Counted from the stretch's first letter, positions 38,958-53,435 are shown. The stretch is 64,000 nucleotides of DNA from Octopus sinensis (GCF_006345805.1 NW_021833251.1:15240-79239); one strand, 5' to 3'. A program made the numbers and translations. The notes: generated by a model not told the origin, from the sequence alone.

Positions 38958-40741
38958 TGTGTGTGTTTTGTGTGTGTGTGTGTGTGTGTGTGTATTTACA
39001 TAAGAATTTTTACCTATGCATGTGTTAATTGCTTCAGTCATTGGACTACAACCATACTGACCATCGTCTTGAAGATACTGGTTGAAGATACTCCAGTTCT
39101 TCTATCAGACTTTTTCGCCTACTACAGAGGACGTAAGTAAGCGAACACCGATTGTCAACCCATAGACTTAGCACAATCACAAACAGAAAGTCATGCCCAT
39201 TGACATATACATACATATACATAAATACATACACACATACACACACGCGAACAGACACACAGACAGATACATACACCCACACTGACATGCACAGACGTCG
39301 GGCGTCCGTATAATTTCCGTCTACCAAATTCACTCCCATGATAATCGCATTTATAACATGCATTTCCATTCATGTTTAAATTGTGTATGTCTCCCTTGTT
39401 TAACACGATTCTCGCTTTACACGGTGACTTTCAGAAACCATGAACCTTGTACCCCGTGTATCAGCTTTATGTGTCTGCATGTGTATATGCATACGTATAT
39501 GCGTAGATTTCCATGTCTGTTTAGCATATCCAGGATTACTTTATTCAATGTGTCACTGTATTTTGAAGTGTGTAAGGTGTGATTATAGATGTTATCAAAG
39601 AGCAATACATTGATTTATATTTTCACTTAACTAAAGTGTTATCTCGTTGAGCGGAAATTTGCAGACGTTATATCCATGGCTTGCTCGGCGTCAACCAACT
39701 TCAAGCAGAATGACTTTATAAATCGTATGTACACCAGTCGAAGTTTCGCCTCGCTGCTTTGCGTTCCACATTTTACTTAAATACATCCAGAAATACCAAC
39801 ATTTGTATATGGCCACATTGATCAGGCTTCTACACTGTATGCTGTCGAATGAGTTAACCAGAGTACATTTTATATCAGTTTAGTAGTCCATAATTTCGAC
39901 TACAACATTGAAAGCAAACTTACTACATAAACAACAGTGTCAAATCGACTAAAAGTCTGGCAAGGACAAATACTTGATATGGGCTCCAACAGGCACACAT
40001 GAATAGATACACATATATATTCTTTCACTTTGTAGCCATTGTTAGCCATTGGACTGCGAGTTAGCTAGGCAGCAAGGATACTATCTAATACGCGCACACA
40101 CATACACACACGTGTGTATTAAAGAAAATGAGATGACAAATGAGTAAATAATAATCGTATGTAGTTCATTGACTTACAACTGTTTCTTTTATAAGATACA
40201 GACGATTCATAGTTGTGTACCTGAATGAATCCTTTTAGCTTCGGCAGAACCTCAGGTATGAAGAGCAATATATTTTGGAAAAATTGTCACCTCACTTTCT
40301 TATTATCGATCTGTAGTCGATCAAATCTTAGTTCTGAAGATGATATATTGAGCTCTATAGCAAGTTTGAAAAAAAAAATTACTTGTTTCTGTCTACCAAA
40401 TCCTCTCACAAAGCTTTGGTCGACCCGAGGCTACAGTAGAAGACACTTGCTCAAGTTGCCACGCATGGGACTGAACCCAGAACCATGTGATTGGGAAGCA
40501 TGCTTCTTACCACACAGCCGTGAGCAATGTCTGAGGGAAATGTATATGTAACTCCTACTAACCAAGGTTTTTAATAAACCAACACCAAGGCAGGAGACTC
40601 AAATAAGGATAGCAGGGTCGAACTACCGTCTTCACCAAAATCCAGTCACAGAGAATTGGCCATTAAAGGGATGATTACACTGGCGGTGCACTTGCAAGGC
40701 CACACCCTTAAGGCTGAAACAGGTAGAGCAATTAGAGAATG

Positions 40742-41105
40742 TATGAGAAGAGGCTTGCTTTCCAACCATATGGTTCCGGGTTCAGTCCCACTGCGTAGCT
40801 CGAACAAGTGACTTCTACTATAGCCTCGGGCAGACCTAAGCATTTTGAGTTAATTTCGTAGACGGAAACTTAAAGAAGCCCGTTGTATATATGTGCGTAT
40901 GTGTCTGTGTGTCTGTCCCCCCCCCCTCATTTGACAACCAATGTTGGTGCGTTTACGTCCCTGTAGCTTACGGTTTGGCAACAGAGACTGATAGAATAAG
41001 TATTAGGGTAACAAACAATAAGTCCTGGGGTCGATTTGTTCAACTAAAGGCGGTGGTCCAGCATGGCCGCAGTCAATTGACTGAAACAAGTAAAACAATA
41101 AAAGA
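40742..41105 (+). mobile_element. SINE family A, near full length
   Basis: Head ggttccgggttcagtcccactgcg through tail ggtccagcatggccgcagtcaattgactgaaacaagtaaaac. Confidence 0.85.
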
Positions 41106-42141
41106 AGACACATACATACATGCATACATACATACATACATACATACATACATACATACATACATACATACATACATACATACATACATACATACATACA
41201 TGCACACGCACACAAAAATTATTGTTGTGAAATGCAGATATTTAGAAAAAACTCCCATATTTTATTGTTTCTCTTACAGATTGCATTTGAAATTTTTTTC
41301 GCAACTGGTTACTTTATTAGCCAGCAAATCCACCGTATCTTTTCGGGAATCTCACTTCAACATTTCCTGACGTACCCGAAGACACCAATAAATTATTTAT
41401 ACATCTGAACTTATAAACAAGAAGGAGTAGTTATTGTTTTCGAAACAGTTGGTCGTAAACCATTATTTTCTCACAGTTTTGGAAGAAATATTCACATTTG
41501 TAAATCAAGTAATTTCTTTGACCGTACATCATACATCCTTTCTGTCCCAACAAATATACCCAGCCTTTTATGTTTGCACTTGTCAGAAATCTTCATAGGT
41601 ATGTTTCTTCTATTATTCCTTGTAGTGATATATATGTATTCAATAGCGAGGCAATTCATTTATCCATTTATTTTTTTACCTCTTTCGAACAATGGAGAGC
41701 GGTGGTGTTTGGGCAACGCCCAAGAGTGTATAGTCGAAAAAGTTGAGATTAGTACATATTGCCGAGCCGCTGCGAGCGAGGGATATTAACAAATTAACAC
41801 CGATTGTCAAACATAGAGTTTAAAGCTTACTTTTCCACTGAGGAAACATCAACAAAAAAATAATAAAAAGCTATCCAGTGAGAGATAAATATTGAAATAT
41901 TGTTTAATGTACTCAGTTTGAAGTTACGAGCTACTTAGAGTATCATGCATTGGAGATAAAGGCTACCTTCTGTCCACTGAAAATTGCTTGCGGACAAAAG
42001 CGTGTTATTATACATGCCCAGGCAACATCTCCATTGCATGAAACTATTAGGATCTTATAACAGTATACTGCTACATCAATATACATACATGCATACATAA
42101 ATACATATATACACACATACACACATACATATGTACATATA

Positions 42142-42184
<43 letters not shown>

Positions 42185-42436
42185 ATATATATGTATGTAT
42201 TATATATGTATATATATGTAATATATATGCATATACTATATATGTATATATGTATATATGTATATATATATTATATATATTCTTATATATATGTATATAT
42301 ATAGTAATATATAATGTATGTATCTATATATGTAGATATATGTAATATATATATATATATATTTATAAGACTGCCATATTAGTATGGCGATAACTATATA
42401 ATATATCTAGAGTATATAATATATATATATTATATA

Positions 42437-42482
<46 letters not shown>

Positions 42483-43195
42483 TAATTGCAAGATTCCTAT
42501 CAAGGTACAGGTAAGTACTTAGAATGGAACTCTCGGCAATTGTGCCGACCCTAAAATTTATAAACAGTTCGTAGAACCTCCTTCATGAAATGAACTCTTT
42601 ATTTCCATTCTTAAAACCAGTTTCATGTATGTATATTCATATACACACACATACACACGCATATAATATAATACATGCATATACACATATATATGTATAT
42701 ATATTGTTTTCCTCTTTCTCTCTCTACTTCTGTCTCTGTCACTGTATTTATATGTGAGTGTGATATAGATATGCATATATATATAAGTTATTCTCTCTCT
42801 CTCCCTCTGTTTCTCTCTCTATATATGTGTGTGTCTATGCACATACACGCACTCATACATACATACATATTGCTCATAATATTTATTGTTCGATAAGAAC
42901 AACAGGGCAATGGTGAACTTGATAAAGCATGACAAAGAATATCAGATACCACACATCCAATGTATTCTAAAATTATCTGTAATAGTCTAAGCGCCAACCA
43001 TTGGCATATAGCTGTCACAGTGTGACTTTATTGATGGTGTGACAAATTAATTATGGATTATATAAAGATATACTGGAACAGAGATATTGGCCTAGAAATA
43101 GCATGAAGTATAATTATTGATCTCCGACCATTAACTTACATAAAGTTATCAACGGACTCACAGCTCTTTCTACCACATCCACGTTAACACACACA

Positions 43196-43274
<79 letters not shown>

Positions 43275-43370
43275 TCTAGCTCCCGCTATTTCTCTGCATG
43301 CGTCTGAGAGTGTGAACATATTACAAAATATGAGAAATCATCGATAAGTTGATTAGGTAATTTGAATATA

Positions 43371-43642
43371 GGCACAGGCATGGCTGTGTAGTTAAGACGC
43401 CTGCTTTCCAATCACGTAATTCTGTGTTCAAGCCCACCGTGTGGCATATTACGCAAGTGTCTTCTGGGCCTAACAATGACTTGTTAGTAGATTTGGTAGA
43501 AGGTAACTGAAAGAAACCCGTCGTATATGTGTGTGTTCGTGTGTATGTTTATGTTTATGCCCCAAGTCAACCGGTGTTGATTTGTTTACGTTCCCGTAAT
43601 GTATCGGTGCATCAAAAGAGACTGTAGACTAACTACCAGGCT
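43371..43642 (+). mobile_element. SINE family A, degenerate and 3'-truncated
   Basis: ggcacaggcatggctgtgtagttaag...gatttggtagaaggtaactgaaagaaacccgtcg. Confidence 0.8.
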
Positions 43643-43661
43643 AAAGCATAACTACTATACT

Positions 43662-44077
43662 CTCTCTTTTACTCTTTTACTTGTTTCAGTCATTTGGCTT
43701 CAGCCATGCTGGAGCACCGCCTTTAGTCGAGCAAATCGACCCCAGGACTTATCTTTGTAAGCCTAGTACTTATTCAATCGGTCTTTTTGCCGAACCGCTA
43801 AGTTACGGGGACGTAAACACACCAGCATCGGTTGTCAAGCGATGTTGGGGAGACAAGCACAGACACACAAACATATACACACACATATACACATACACAT
43901 ATATACATATATACGACGGGCTTCTTTCATTTTCCGTCTACTAAATCCACTCACAAAGCTTTGGTCGGCCCGAGGCTATAGCAGACGACACTTGCTCAAG
44001 GTGCCACGCAGTGAGACTGAACCCGGAACCATGTGGTTCGTAAGCAAGCTACTTACCACACAGCTACTCTTACGCCT
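43662..44077 (-). mobile_element. SINE family A, full length
   Basis: Complete reverse complement of the family consensus seen at 58012-58423. Confidence 0.92.
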
Positions 44078-45234
44078 ATGTTAGTACATATTAAGGTTAT
44101 CTACAGATATTCTATAGAATTCGTATCCGAGACGTCAGATGTAAAGAAAGAATGAGACCGAAGATGAAGAGAGGGTAAACAGAATGTACTATGATCATTC
44201 GTTTCACTAACCCCTATAATGCTCGGTTCCATCGTGGTCGCAGTCCAATGACTGAAACAAGTACAGCATAAAATATCAATGGAAGGAAATAACGCTGTGT
44301 AATTCAAAAGTTAGTTTCACACACGTATTCTCGTAGTATGATCTTACTGCATTGGACCATAGGCAAAATGTACCAAAATCTACCGAGTTGATCTTATCAA
44401 TAGCTTGGGAGAGTATCGAAATTGTGTAGAAGTCGTTTATATAACTCGACACAGACTTATGGATACGTGTAGAGTACACATGTATATTGTGAGTATATAT
44501 GTGCGCATGTATAAATATATGTGTGTGTTTATGTATGTGAGTTGTTTTATAGATATATACGTATATATCTGAGTATATCAGTATATGCGTGTGTATATGC
44601 GTATATGTATGCGAATATGTATATATGCATGAATATATATTTGATTTAAGTGAATCGTTTTTCACTAAGATCTTTCAAGTATTTCAATCACTAGACTGCA
44701 GCTATGGAGAAGATCTATTTGAAATCAAATAGAATTACAAGTACGCGTACACACGCGCGCACACATACCCACACAAACACACACACATACATACTCTTCG
44801 TGCAGACATACATACTCAGATACAGACACGCGTACACACACGTTCACACAGCTTTACACAGGAGAGGAGGAAGCAGATTCAATGATAATGGTAAAGAGCT
44901 GCAAATATTTCGAATGGAATGGCTATGTTCAGTTTTAAAAACGAATGGTAATACCCTTGAACATCCATTCACAGCCATGTATACGTACTTATCAGATGCC
45001 TGTGTGTGTATGTGCGTGTATGTGTGTGAATGTGTGCGGGTGTAGATATGTATGCCTGAGCGTATGCGTATCACTTTATACACACACACATACACACACA
45101 CATATATATATATATAGGTATGTATGTGTTTAAGTTGGTAGTTATTTAGGAGGCGGGAGGTAAATATAGATACTTATTTTTTGTCACAATTTAACAATTT
45201 AACTTTAAACTCAAGGATTAATTAGTACATTTTA

Positions 45235-45429
45235 GTAGCCTGTGACTGCGTGGTAAGTAACTTGCTTACGAAGAACATGGTTCCGAGTTCAGTCCCAGTG
45301 CGTGGCACCTTGGGCAACTGTCTTCTACTATAACCTCAGGCCGACCAAAACCTTGTGGGTGGATTTGGTAGACGGAAACTGAAAGAAGCCCGTCGTATAT
45401 ATATGTATGTGTATATATATGTGTATGTA

Positions 45430-45463
<34 letters not shown>

Positions 45464-45710
45464 TGTGTGTATGTATATATATATGTATGTGTATATGTTT
45501 GTGTGTCTGTGTTTGCCCCTCCAACATCGCTTGACAACCGATGCTGATCTGTTTACGTTCTCGTAACCTAGCGGTTCGGCAAAAGACACCGATAGAATAA
45601 GTACTAGGCTTACAAAGAATAAGTCCTGATGTCGATTTGCTTGACTAAAGGCGGTGCTCCAGCATGGCCACAGTCAAGTGACTGAAACAAGTAAAAGAGT
45701 AAAAGAGTAA
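45235..45710 (+). mobile_element. SINE family A, full length with expanded internal microsatellite
   Basis: Head, core, (TA/TG)n spacer and tail ending (gtaaaaga)n. Confidence 0.92.
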
Positions 45711-46700
45711 AGTGTACATAATTATGTGTCCCTGTATATGCATATAAGTACAGAAACAGACAAACATGAGTACATTCATACATGCATATATATGTGCGTA
45801 AACGTTTGTATGTGTGAATGTGTGTGTGTGTGTCTGTGATTGTGTGTGTGAGTGTGTGTGTGAGTGACTGTATGCATATACATAAATATCAATCTATATA
45901 ATTTCCTCGACGTTATGGTCAGCAATGCAATACCATCGCTCGTACATAAATCAATTCTACAGGGGGCAGATCAGCTTTGGACAGAGACGAGACAGTGGGG
46001 AAAGATGACATTCAACTTTCAAGCATCACAGTCCTGGAGAGCAATGATTGGGCGAAAGGGATGTCGCTGGTCTGAGCAAAGAAAAGCCCTGATGATGATG
46101 TAGAGGAGAGGCGGGTCCATATGCTTAGACCTTGTTCATCTTATCAGTTCAGTATGACAGGAGCTGTAGTATAACAAAATAGGAGTAGGAGACTAAAGGG
46201 AGAGCGTCTTTCTGAGTTTCTATTGTGTTGGTTGCTGAATATTTGCCAATCACCCAGATGGCCTTTTGTTGCACTTTTAAGTGAGAACGGGTGTTGCTGT
46301 AGTTGTAGGTGTTGTTTAGATCCCAGCATAGCGCTGATTGTAGAAGGGCTACCATCTATTATGTCTTACGGGGTTGCCACTGTAACGACGACGTTTTTTT
46401 TTTCTTTTTAAATTATGTGTAATTCCTCGTACACATGCACAGCGCACAAACACATACGCACACATATTCATAGGCACTGCGTCTATGTTTCTTATCTGTT
46501 GTTTATTTACAATGAATATTTTCATTTATAGATAGATAGATAGATAGAAGGATAGATAGATAAATAGATAGATAGATATTTACATGGAGTGTAAGAGAGG
46601 TGGGAGAGATGGAGAGATACCGAGATATATAGATAGAGGGACGAGTATACAGGATCGTATCTCTACATATATACATATATTTACATACAAATCCGTGTAC

Positions 46701-46743
<43 letters not shown>

Positions 46744-46744
<1 letters not shown>

Positions 46745-46924
46745 CCTTAATCCTTAAAAATGTTTTAGCCCGAAGGCCGCGGCCATGCAGGGGCACCACC
46801 GCTGAATGAGCTACACTAATATGTGAATCCACCTCTGATACGTGGCACTTGATCAACAGGGGAGTTCGATGCTGCTGCCCGCATCTGCGTCTCCTGTCGT
46901 GAGGTAGGTTCATCTGGGACTCCC

Positions 46925-46927
<3 letters not shown>
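46744..46927 (-). mobile_element. CR1-type LINE extreme 3' end
   Basis: The minus strand encodes VPDEPTSRQETQMRAAASNSPVDQV, a PDEP...RAA.SNS ORF2 terminus. It is followed by ggtgcccctgcatggccgcggcc...taaggattaagg. Confidence 0.7.
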
Positions 46928-46968
<41 letters not shown>

Positions 46969-47127
46969 GTGTATATGTGAGTGTTTAATTGTGTATGATT
47001 ACGTACGTGTCTGTGTTTGCATGTGTGTGTTTGTGTCTGTGTGTGCGCGCGTGTGTAAAGATTGACAGACACAGATATAGAAAGAAACAGAGAAAGGGAG
47101 TAATTTCTACCCATATACATACTAACA

Positions 47128-47173
<46 letters not shown>

Positions 47174-47175
47174 TA

Positions 47176-47221
<46 letters not shown>

Positions 47222-48133
47222 ATTATATATGTGTGTGTGTATGTATATGATTTTGATTTTGATTTTGATTTTTCCAGTTTCAGCTAATGAGCTGTGGCCA
47301 TCGGGGCACCATATATATATATTATATATATATATATAGATATATATATATATGTATACACACACACACACACACATACTTACCTATATCTATCTTTCTG
47401 TGAGTGTGTGAGCATGTGTGTACATGAATGTGTCTGTGTATCACAACAAAACAAGGCGATTCGTTCATAATCTGTTTCGTTACAGACCTCTCGAACCAAA
47501 TGAAATTCGGGCAGTAATACTCACCACTTCCTCCCTTTAAAATGTAAAGGGAGACAGTGATGAGCACTTGTATATTTGAAGTTTAGATATGCAGCAATAT
47601 TCATGTAGATCGAATCACACGGTATATGATGTGCTGCTTAAAATTAGATTTCCAACACTCAACGTATATATATTATGTAATATTCCAATGTATGTATATT
47701 ATAATTATAGTATAAAGGATTAAGGTTTCCGAATCCGGGCAAGTACATTATTAGCACTCTCATATAATCCAGACGTGGCTCTCTACATCGAACGGTAGTA
47801 CTTCCCTCGATAGGTGATTCCTGAGTTCCATATATCGGATTTTTTGCAGCAGACGGGATACAATCAAGACATCATATAGAAGAATAGAGGATTATACATC
47901 TTCAAAATCCGTTCATTACAAAATTTAATTTCACATTTAATTCCTAAGCGAAACGTGTTTCTGGTGGATAAGTGCCGTAGTGTCTTTTGATTTAGCATTT
48001 ATGTGCATTCACTTAGTTCATTTGCAGTACATGTTCATCCAAGGTAGACATGCCTATACGGCTTTCTTCAAGGTTTTACCCATGCGTGTGGGTGGGACTA
48101 GCTTAGATGGACATGTTCTTTAACAGAGACAAG

Positions 48134-48347
48134 CCTTTTGTACACTAGGCACAAGGCCCGACATTTTGGGAGAGGGGTCTAGTCGATTAGATCGACCACA
48201 GCTTTTAATTGGTGTTTATTTTATCGACCTAAAAGAATAAAAGGCAAAATCGATCTCGTCGGAATTTGAACTCAGACGTAGCGACGGGAGAAATACTGCT
48301 AAGCATTTCGTCCAGCGCTCTAACGATTCTGCCCGCTCACCGCCTTG
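48134..48347 (-). mobile_element. SINE family B, alternative tail
   Basis: ctaggcacaaggccc...gtcgattagatcgacc...aaaggcaaaatcgatctc..ggaatttgaactcag...gctctaacgattctgcccgctcaccgcc. Confidence 0.85.
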
Positions 48348-48403
48348 ATGATGATGATCATGATGATCATGATGATCATGATGATCATGACGACGACGAC
48401 GAC

Positions 48404-48435
<32 letters not shown>

Positions 48436-48461
48436 TAATATTAATAATAATAATAACAATT

Positions 48462-49000
48462 TTAACATAGGCACAAGGCCTGGATTTTGGTGGTGGAGAG
48501 ACAGTCGATCACAGCGACTTCAGTACGCAACTGGTACTTACTTCATCGACCCCGAAAGGGTGAAAGGCAAAGACGACCTCGGCGGAATTTGAACTCTGAA
48601 CGTAAAGACAGACACAATATCACTAAGCATTTCGCCCGGCGTGCTAACGTTTCTTATTTCTTTATTGCCCACAAGGAGCTAAACATAGAGGGGACAAACA
48701 AGGACAGACAAAGGGATTAAGTCGATTACATCGACCCCAATGCGTAACTGGTACTTAATTTACCGACCTCGAAAGGATGAAAGGCAAAGTCGACCTCGGT
48801 GGAATTTGAACTCAGAACGTAGCGGCAGACGAAATACCTATTTCTTTACTACCCACAAGGGCTAAACACAGAGAGAACAAACAAGGACAGACAAACGGAT
48901 TAAGTCGATTACATCGATCCCAGTGCGTAACTGGTACTTATTTAATTGCCCACGAAAGGATGAAAGGCAAAGTCGACCTCGGCGGAATTTGAACTCAGTG
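48462..49000 (-). mobile_element. Head-to-tail trimer of SINE family B units
   Basis: Units at about 48838-49000, 48653-48837 and 48462-48652. The junction gacgaaatac|ctatttctttactacccacaag mirrors the junction at about 24655. Confidence 0.85.
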
Positions 49001-49084
49001 ACATAAGTACCAGATTCAAAAATAATAACTAGGATCGATTCATTCCAGCATGGCTATGATCCAATGACTAAATGAAGTAAAAAA

Positions 49085-49222
49085 GGCGTGGCCGTGTGAT
49101 AACTTGGTTCCAGACTCAATCCCATTGTGTCGCACTTTTGGAAAGTGTCTTCTACTATAACCTCGCGCCAACCAAACATTTGTGAGTGGATTTGGTAGAG
49201 GGAAAATAAAAGAAGCTCGTCA

Positions 49223-49297
<75 letters not shown>

Positions 49298-49565
49298 CTA
49301 TATATTTATATATATGTATGTATGTACATATATACACATGTGTGTGTATACACCTATGTGTGTGTGTGTCTTTGTGTCTGTGTTTGTGACTCATCATCGC
49401 TTCAAAACCGATATTGGTGTGTTTACGTCTCAGTAATTTAGCGGTTCTGCAAAAATTAAAAAAAGGAACTATTAGAATAAGTAATAAACTTTAAAAATAA
49501 GTCATGGTGTCGATTTGTTTGATTGAAATCCGTCAAATGACTGAAACCAATAGAAGAATAAAAGA
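49085..49565 (+). mobile_element. SINE family A, old full-length copy
   Basis: ggcgtggccgtgtgataac...aagtgtcttctactataacc...gtgagtggatttggtagagggaaaataaaagaagctcgtc...atgactgaaacc. Confidence 0.75.
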
Positions 49566-50136
49566 ATATGTAGAGTCAGGTAGACATAGACAGACAGACG
49601 GACACACAGACAGAAATGTATGTGCATGACTGAAGGTGTGTATATTTGATTATGTATGTTTGTATATAGTATACGTCGAATAAAAGATAGCGACGTGAGA
49701 AGTGAAGACAGAAGGAAGACAGAATGGTTTCAAAACAAAAAGTGAAGACAGAATGAATTCAAAAGAAAAACTAAGGCTACTTTTCTTCATAATTATTCTA
49801 ATGACAGACGTAGTTTCTTTATGAAAAGGCAAAAAAAATTACTAGTATGTGGTTGTTGAGTAAGCATAAATGTTAGTATTATTTAACGTAACTAGGGCAC
49901 AAGTTCAAGGTAGCAGATGAAATAACTGTAATTGTAAGACTGTTCTTTATGACTGGTCTACGACTTAAATCATTTTTATTTATACAGAGGGATTATAACC
50001 TGCTGTAGAACACATATGTCTGTTTCTTAAAGAGATACACACACACACACCACACACATACACACAGCCACGTACGCACGCACATATATATGTATATACG
50101 TTTATATATATACACATACAAACACATACATATGTA

Positions 50137-50968
50137 TTGGGTCAACACATGAATATTGCGTTTTTTTTCTTTGCATGAACTAAAAATCGGAAGGACACGG
50201 GATAAATTACCTGCATCAACTTACAATAAAAGCAGGTAGAAATGCTGCCTTATCTTTATTCTCAGTGCAAGTTTTTTTTGAAGAGTACAGTTCGACTTTA
50301 ACAGTTATTTTTTCAAAGCTATAATGGAAGTAACAAAGGAGCATATTCGACATATTTTCCTGTATGAGTTCAATAAAGGTAAAATCACAAAGAATATGCT
50401 AGGAATATGAATGCAATATATGGGGATCGGACAATAAGGGTAAGCCAGTGTCAAAGGTGGTTCCAGAAACCACAGCCTAGACGACAGGTATTGTCCTGGA
50501 AGATCTGCAAACCCTAGTACAACAAAATCCCATCGTAACTGTTGAGGAACTAACAGTCATGCTTGGATTTGTTCAGTCAACAATAAATGAAAAAGGACCA
50601 TCTTTAGTTTGAAGATGAAAGATGTTCTTCCATCAGGATAATGCTCGGCTACATACCGCGAGGATGACATACCAAAGACTGAAGCAGTTTGAATAGGAAA
50701 CGATGCCCCACCCATCAAATTCGACGGGCATTGCACAATTTAATTACCATTTATCCCACAGTCTTCAAAATCATTTTGACGGGAAAATATGAATTCTGTA
50801 GACTAGGTCAGAGCACCACTGGATGAGTACTTTTCTGAATTTTGGAAGAGAGACTTGCAATTCTAGCAGATAGATGGAAGAGCATTTTAGATTAATTTAT
50901 CTTAATATTTATCTTACTTTGAAAAGTAAAAGAAGTATAAAAACCGCATTATTTATGGGATGACCCAA
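50137..50968 (+). mobile_element. Internally deleted mariner with TIRs and TA TSD
   Basis: TIRs ttgggtcaacacatgaatattgcg / cgcattatttatgggatgacccaa flanked by TA. MEVTKEHIRHIFLYEFNKG starts at 50324; FHQDNARLHTARMT...MPHPSNS follows. Confidence 0.9.
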
Positions 50969-51045
50969 TATATATGTATACACACACACACACACACACA
51001 CACCACACGCACACACACATATATATATATATATATACTTTATTT

Positions 51046-51205
51046 AAAGCCAGCAGAAAATTCAACAAAACCTGTTACTCTGAGTTTCATAGAGTAAGAG
51101 GTTTTGTTGAATTTTCTGCTGCTTTACATAAAGCATATTACTCTACCACTGATATTTGAGTACTCTTTTTTCCACCTTGTTTCACATTTATGTGTTTACT
51201 TCGGT
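51046..51205. repeat. 31-bp-stem hairpin plus a repeat tail shared with 13757-13835
   Basis: Arms 51051-51081 and 51091-51121 (one mismatch) with a 9-nt loop. The downstream ataaagcatattactctacc...ccaccttgtttc recurs at about 13757. Confidence 0.85.
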
Positions 51206-51228
51206 ATATATATAATATATATATATAC

Positions 51229-51288
<60 letters not shown>

Positions 51289-51330
51289 ATATGTTCAGTA
51301 AATACCTTCAATATGTATGAGTGTTTACTA

Positions 51331-51676
51331 CCAAAGGTACCATCCCACTCCATCCACATTCCGGCCCAGGTACTGCCAATGTTAGTATTCACAAAGGCCC
51401 CACAGCTCTTTAATGCCCTGGCACAAAAAATTAAGATATATGCATAAGGAGGAAGCAGGTGTCATCAAAAAGGAACTAGACACCCTCCTCTCCACAACAC
51501 CGTATGAACAACAGCCCGACATGAGGTACAGAAGAGGGCAGCAGAATCAAGCCCCCCTATACACCAAATGGACTAACAACTAGGACTAAGTCACATACAG
51601 GAGTGGTGATATGAAAGAGTGGTGCTCCAGCATGACTGCAGCCATATGGCTCAAACGAGTAAATGAATAAAAGAAT
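51331..51676 (+). mobile_element. CR1-type LINE 3' end with the SINE-A-like tail
   Basis: PKVPS...FTKAPQLFNALAQKI...ELDTLLSTTPYEQ...RAAESS, then ggtgctccagcatgactgcagcc...aaacgagtaaatgaataaaagaat. Confidence 0.75.
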
Positions 51677-51688
51677 ATACATATATAT

Positions 51689-51736
<48 letters not shown>

Positions 51737-51804
51737 ATGCATGTATGTATGTATGTATGTATGTATGTATGTATGTATGTATGTATGTATGTATACACGG
51801 CGAG

Positions 51805-52018
51805 ATCGGCTGTCAAGCGATGGTGGAGGTGTTTGTCCGCCACCATCGCTTGACAACCTATCTCGGTGTATTTACGTCCCCGTAACTTGGCGGTTCGGCA
51901 AAAGCCACCGATAGGGTAAGTACCAGGTTAACAAAGAATAAGTCCTAGGGTGTATTTGATTGACTAAAGGCGGTGCTCCAGCATGCCAGCAGTCAAATGA
52001 CTGAAACAAGAAAAAAAT
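51805..52018 (+). mobile_element. SINE family A, 3' half
   Basis: ccaccatcgcttgacaacc...ggcggtgctccagcatgccagcagtcaaatgactgaaacaag. Confidence 0.85.
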
Positions 52019-52233
52019 AACGGATAAAAGATTATATATATATATATACACGTACACATAAATATATATATATATATATTATATATAATATATATATATA
52101 TACATATGGGTGTATATGTATATATATATATACACACTTACATACATACACACACACACACACACATATATATATATCATATATAATATATAATATATAT
52201 ATATATATAATATATATATATGTAATTATTATA

Positions 52234-52269
<36 letters not shown>

Positions 52270-52476
52270 TTTTGATCTATGTTAACAATTAATAATCATT
52301 TCAGGTGTAATATTATCAAATCGATATAGTTTATATAAGAGTATGTACGCATACACACACACTCGCACATACACACAGATGCAGCTACACACACACACTC
52401 GCACACACGCACGCAACACACACACACCACACAAACACATATATATATATATAGATATATATATTCGATACATATA

Positions 52477-52537
<61 letters not shown>

Positions 52538-53085
52538 TACACAAAATGTATATGTATATGTGTGTATGTACACGCGTTGTTGTGTGTGTAGATAAGTGTA
52601 CATCATAAGTAGAATGGTACCATAGCAACAGATCGACCATTGTTCATCATCGTTTCAACTACGAGCGAATACCTTCGATATGCTTTACTACTACCTATCA
52701 CCATTTCTTTCAGTCTATTTATCAAGTCTCTTTACATTCTATCGTATCATATCCTATATCACTTAACTTATTTGTCTATGACATTATTTATAACTCATAT
52801 TCTATTTCAATAATATATCATTTATTATTATATTAATATCAAATTATTTATATATACCGTTGGCATTGAACTGCCCTGATCTGAAATCCCAAAATTTGCC
52901 TTAGTTGCGATTGCTAAGGATTGCTAAACCTAGGAATTAAAGAATCTAATTAAAATATCTCTATGTCTCTCTGCCTCACACACACAAACACACACACACA
53001 CAAACAAAAACACACACACACATACACACAGAGAGAAACATACACACTCACTCTCTTTCTTTCTCTCTCTCTCTATATATATATA

Positions 53086-53117
<32 letters not shown>

Positions 53118-53356
53118 ACATACATATATATATATATATATAAATACCTATATATATATATATATATTTATAAACACACAAGTGCACACATACAAACACA
53201 GGCCCTCGTATGCATATGTAGTTATATGTTGTTCATATATATACAAATGTGTGTAAAGGATGTCTTTCGCTTGATAGTGAAAGAAACTTGAATATCTATC
53301 CTTTAAGTATTGCTGGAATGTGACTTCATTTGCATAGACACATATACACATAATAC

Positions 53357-53435
<79 letters not shown>

